Shown: piece by piece, positions 60,578 to 64,000 of the stretch
Layout: each line of letters begins with the position of its first letter
Numbering within the stretch: the stretch's first letter is position 1
Program-made: the position numbers and the translations under genes
The notes under the pieces: generated by a model
Told to the model about the DNA's origin: nothing
Databases searched by the model: none
Seen by the model: only the letters and a program-made list of their open reading frames with translations
Assembly (NCBI RefSeq): GCF_009914755.1
Contig: NC_060930.1
Source: the human T2T-CHM13v2.0 reference genome, Homo sapiens
Direction: 5' to 3' (one strand)
Length of the DNA: 64,000 nt

Positions 60578-61769
60578 TTAAGTCAGTTTGGTACATGATA
60601 CAGATTGGTTTTGCAGTTTTTAATGAACTGAAATAGAAATGTCTAAATACAGCAGTATCTGCCTGTGCAACAAATATCTGTAAGGTAAAATAAGGTATTT
60701 GATAGAAGAACATCTGCAAGAACAAATCAGATGAAAAATCTGAAAAGGTTTCTATATACCTTCTGGATTTTAAAAAAACCCAAAAATTAATGGCTCAAGA
60801 TACTACATTGCTAAAGTTAGGGGAAAAAAGTAAAAAGGCTGTGAGTTCTGTTGCAAGAGCTCATTTGTAGACTTGCAAAATCTAACTAATTTTATATTAT
60901 GCTTGTTGTTAGAGCAGTGCTCAAAATTACAGAAGCTTCAAATTGTTATGTTTTCACAAAATTTGCTACATATGTTGACATGAATGTGTGTCAGGGAATT
61001 CATACCCAGGTAAATGACAATTACATCAGTATAGCTAATTTTTGCCACCTTGGGAGGAATGGAATTCTGCCTATTTTCGAATTAATCCTACAGCACTCAC
61101 TAAAAACTAACAGCCATGGCACCATAATACATTTTGTGAGGTACCTAGAATATTACTAATGGAAACAAAAAATGTGAGGTAAACCGACCTTTCCCCAAGA
61201 AACTTTGAAGCCAGAGATTTTAAACAATTAAGGCACTTGAAAACATTAAGTATATGTACAAATGTGCAAGTAAAACAAACAGCTGTACCAACGAGTAACA
61301 AAGAAACAGTAAATCTTCATCTTAACAACCTTTAATAGTTATCTAAATGCAGAGTTTGTTTATGAAATGAAACAAAGCAGTTTGTCATTTCTTACTATAA
61401 AATATTGAAAATCAAGTGCGAAACTCAGCCACTATTGGCTAAAGAAACTAAATAAAAAACGTTAATGACCTAGAAAAGCAAAAGCCCATTTTAAACTACT
61501 TAAAGCCTCTGCACTAGTCCAATGAGTCAAAGGCAAGGGAGAAGTAAACCTCTAAAACTGAAGACGACCCTCTAAAGGAGAAAACTATAGAAGTTAAAGT
61601 ATGCATGCTTATTATACTATGGGAAACCAAGAAGGAAGGGAGAGAAAAAGAAAAAGCACAGTCTATTCATCCAGGACAATCAGTAAAAATCTACAGTAAC
61701 CTGATCAACCAAAAAATCCTTAGGTGTTGTGAAATTACATTGGTCACTTCTGTTATCTTAAAACTTAAA

Positions 61770-61847
61770 ATGATTGTCTCATTTAAAATAAATGATTCTA
61801 AAATAATATGATTGTCTCATTTAAATAGTAAATGATTCTAAAATAAT
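61770..61847. repeat. 38/40-bp tandem duplication in the CD164 3'UTR
   Basis: atgattgtctcatttaaa(a/tag)taaatgattctaaaataat x2. Confidence 0.93.
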
Positions 61848-62315
61848 GTATATCCTTCTTGCCTCACCAAAGAAGTCACTACTCAAGACAGTCTGGTGGA
61901 AATCCTTTCAAGGTACAATAGTGCTAGCATACTTTTTTTTAAAGTACAAAGGAAAGTGTAATTAAATCAATTTAGCTCTATACTTTTCAACAGCCATAAG
62001 AAAAATGTTGGGAGGTTCAAGATACGAAGGCTTTCAATTCTGTATAACAGACTTTAGCTTAAGTTTCTCCGCTCTGAAATAAATTTTCAATAAAATATTA
62101 ACAGTATGATATCTAAAACAGGTTTACTACTGCTCACATCAAGTTACATCCTCTGACCAATCCTTACCTTCCTTAATGTCAAAGAACAAATCATAGACAT
62201 TAAGCTAGAGCTTACCTTTCACTGTCTTCTAAGGCACTGTTCTTTATATTCTCAATGACATAAGATGCTTTACAAGTATGAACAATAATCTGTTATACAC
62301 ACTAATGGTATCCTT

Positions 62316-62362
62316 TCATTTCTTTAAATCTGGAATGTAGTTCCTTGTGTGGCATCTTATTT
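62316..62362 (-). CDS. CD164: CD164 alternative C-terminal segment (EIRCHTRNYIPDLKK*), TM-less MGC-24-type isoform
   Basis: Internal donor TTGG|gtgtgc (exon ends 62959) to ttttttctacattag| acceptor (62362); phase 1 matches; stop TGA 62318-62316. Confidence 0.85.
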
Positions 62363-62887
62363 CTAATGTAGAAAAAACAGCTGTTATCAAGCACAAAATT
62401 TTAATCTAAGGATACCATTTAGTACTACTAAATTAATAAATTTATTCCACTTTTGAAATGACAGCCAAAAATCCACCTAATTGATTCTCATTTGGCACGT
62501 TCTTCTCAATTCTGTTCACTAAATTAAAATTACTAAATTTAAACTGCCAAGAGCCATGATGTTGTCTGCACAAGACAACATTTTCCATCACTTTCAGAAA
62601 GTTATATTTGGCATGTTAAGGAAAAAAAATATAATCCCACAGCAGCAGCTATTTAAAATAAGACAGCCACAGGATTCATGCAGAATATTTTAAATATTCC
62701 TGTTGAACACAATGATTTAATTGATTTTTTCTTCACGGATGATGCTCCCAAACATCCTATATGCATCCATGGAAATTTAAAGATCCTGGAATAGCGTCTT
62801 CCATGTGGGACATCTTAAAAGATAGTATTTTGGCTTCAGTGAGTTACACAAATGAATCACCAGTCCTTATTAATTCAATGGGTCTGT

Positions 62888-63091
<204 letters not shown>

Positions 63092-64000
63092 TCATGGTCC
63101 TCTATTGTAATTTAAAGATGCACCTGAGCCTCTATTTTGCCATGTGTTAAATTCTATAAAGTATTTCCTCAAGTCTTTACAGCTAGAATTTATCCCTAAT
63201 TGAGGAAGACAACCATATCCCATTTTTCATTCCACCCAAGGATACAAAGTGGTCAATGCTACTGTACTAGTACAAATATAAAAACAATGGGAAAAATTCT
63301 CCTAGTACATAAATTGTGCCCTGGGAATGTATCAAACACTTCTAAAATATGCAACAATTTCTTCAGACTATGTACTTTTAGTTAATTGTGAGTGTAAACG
63401 TCAATAGTGCTGAGAATTCACATGACTTTTGAATTTACTAGTATAAGGTAAAATATTTGGTTGCAATTTTTCATGTTACAAAAATAATCTTAATAATATG
63501 CAATTTATAATTTCAACAAGTAAAATAACTGTTTTTAAAGGCATATCCTGCCAACAAATTTCACATGAGAAAGTATTATCAAGTAATAAGGAAAAAACAA
63601 ATATCTGAATTCTTTTCAGGCAGTAAAATGTTTCAAGAGGAAACAGAAAAAGCGATTTCCATTTAAAATAATCTAAGAAAAAAGTAACAGTTATCAAAGA
63701 ACACTGGTTCTGGTGGCTGTACAAGTTGGTAACTTTAATGACAACTGTTTTGTATTCCTTCTCGTGAAGACAGAATGGCTTCACTGAAACTGAGAAAAAG
63801 GTGGCATAAGCATGAAGAAAAAGAAATCACAAAAAGCAGGTAGAAGATTCATTAGCATCAGTTTTTTAAAAATATGGAGGGAGGAAAGGATTCCTAACCT
63901 GTGTACCTACAGTATCCTGTGGCGTAACCTAACTATGAATTAAATTAGATTATGTCAAATCATCATTTAATAACAAGCTAATTTTCACATTACTGAGCAA

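Larger units (their letters stand above)
60551..62887 (-). other. CD164: CD164 3'UTR (~2.3 kb, AU-rich, no recognisable interspersed repeats)
   Basis: Runs from the TAA to AATAAA at 60577-60572; holds several miRNA 8mer sites; 3' end approximate. Confidence 0.85.

Overview
Human (or very closely related ape) genomic DNA, recognised as 6q21 from the 3' end of CD164. On the + strand, 17 exons with canonical AG/GT sites (13..~49085) splice in mutually consistent phases into a ~795-codon frame for the C-terminal, coiled-coil-rich part of CCDC162 (annotated in human as the unitary pseudogene CCDC162P). Across ~2.4 kb of coding sequence I find one disabling lesion, an in-frame TAG at 23123-23125. 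On the - strand, the CD164 terminal exon (TM segment, NYHTL lysosomal motif, ~2.3 kb 3'UTR, internal alternative intron giving the TM-less isoform) converges on it. The rest is mostly repeats: an RPL7L1 processed pseudogene, ~25 Alus, MaLR LTRs, DNA-transposon relics, L1/L2 fragments, and a two-LTR ERV-L provirus relic between the two poly(A) sites. Most notable: the one-nucleotide 'pseudogene', a sense THE1 LTR with a splice donor that could bypass the stop, a ~280-bp foldback palindrome plus a 110-bp direct duplication in one intron, an inverted templated insertion inside an Alu, and a CD164 3'UTR duplication that doubles a miR-219 8mer site. Gene and repeat names are from memory, not a database search.
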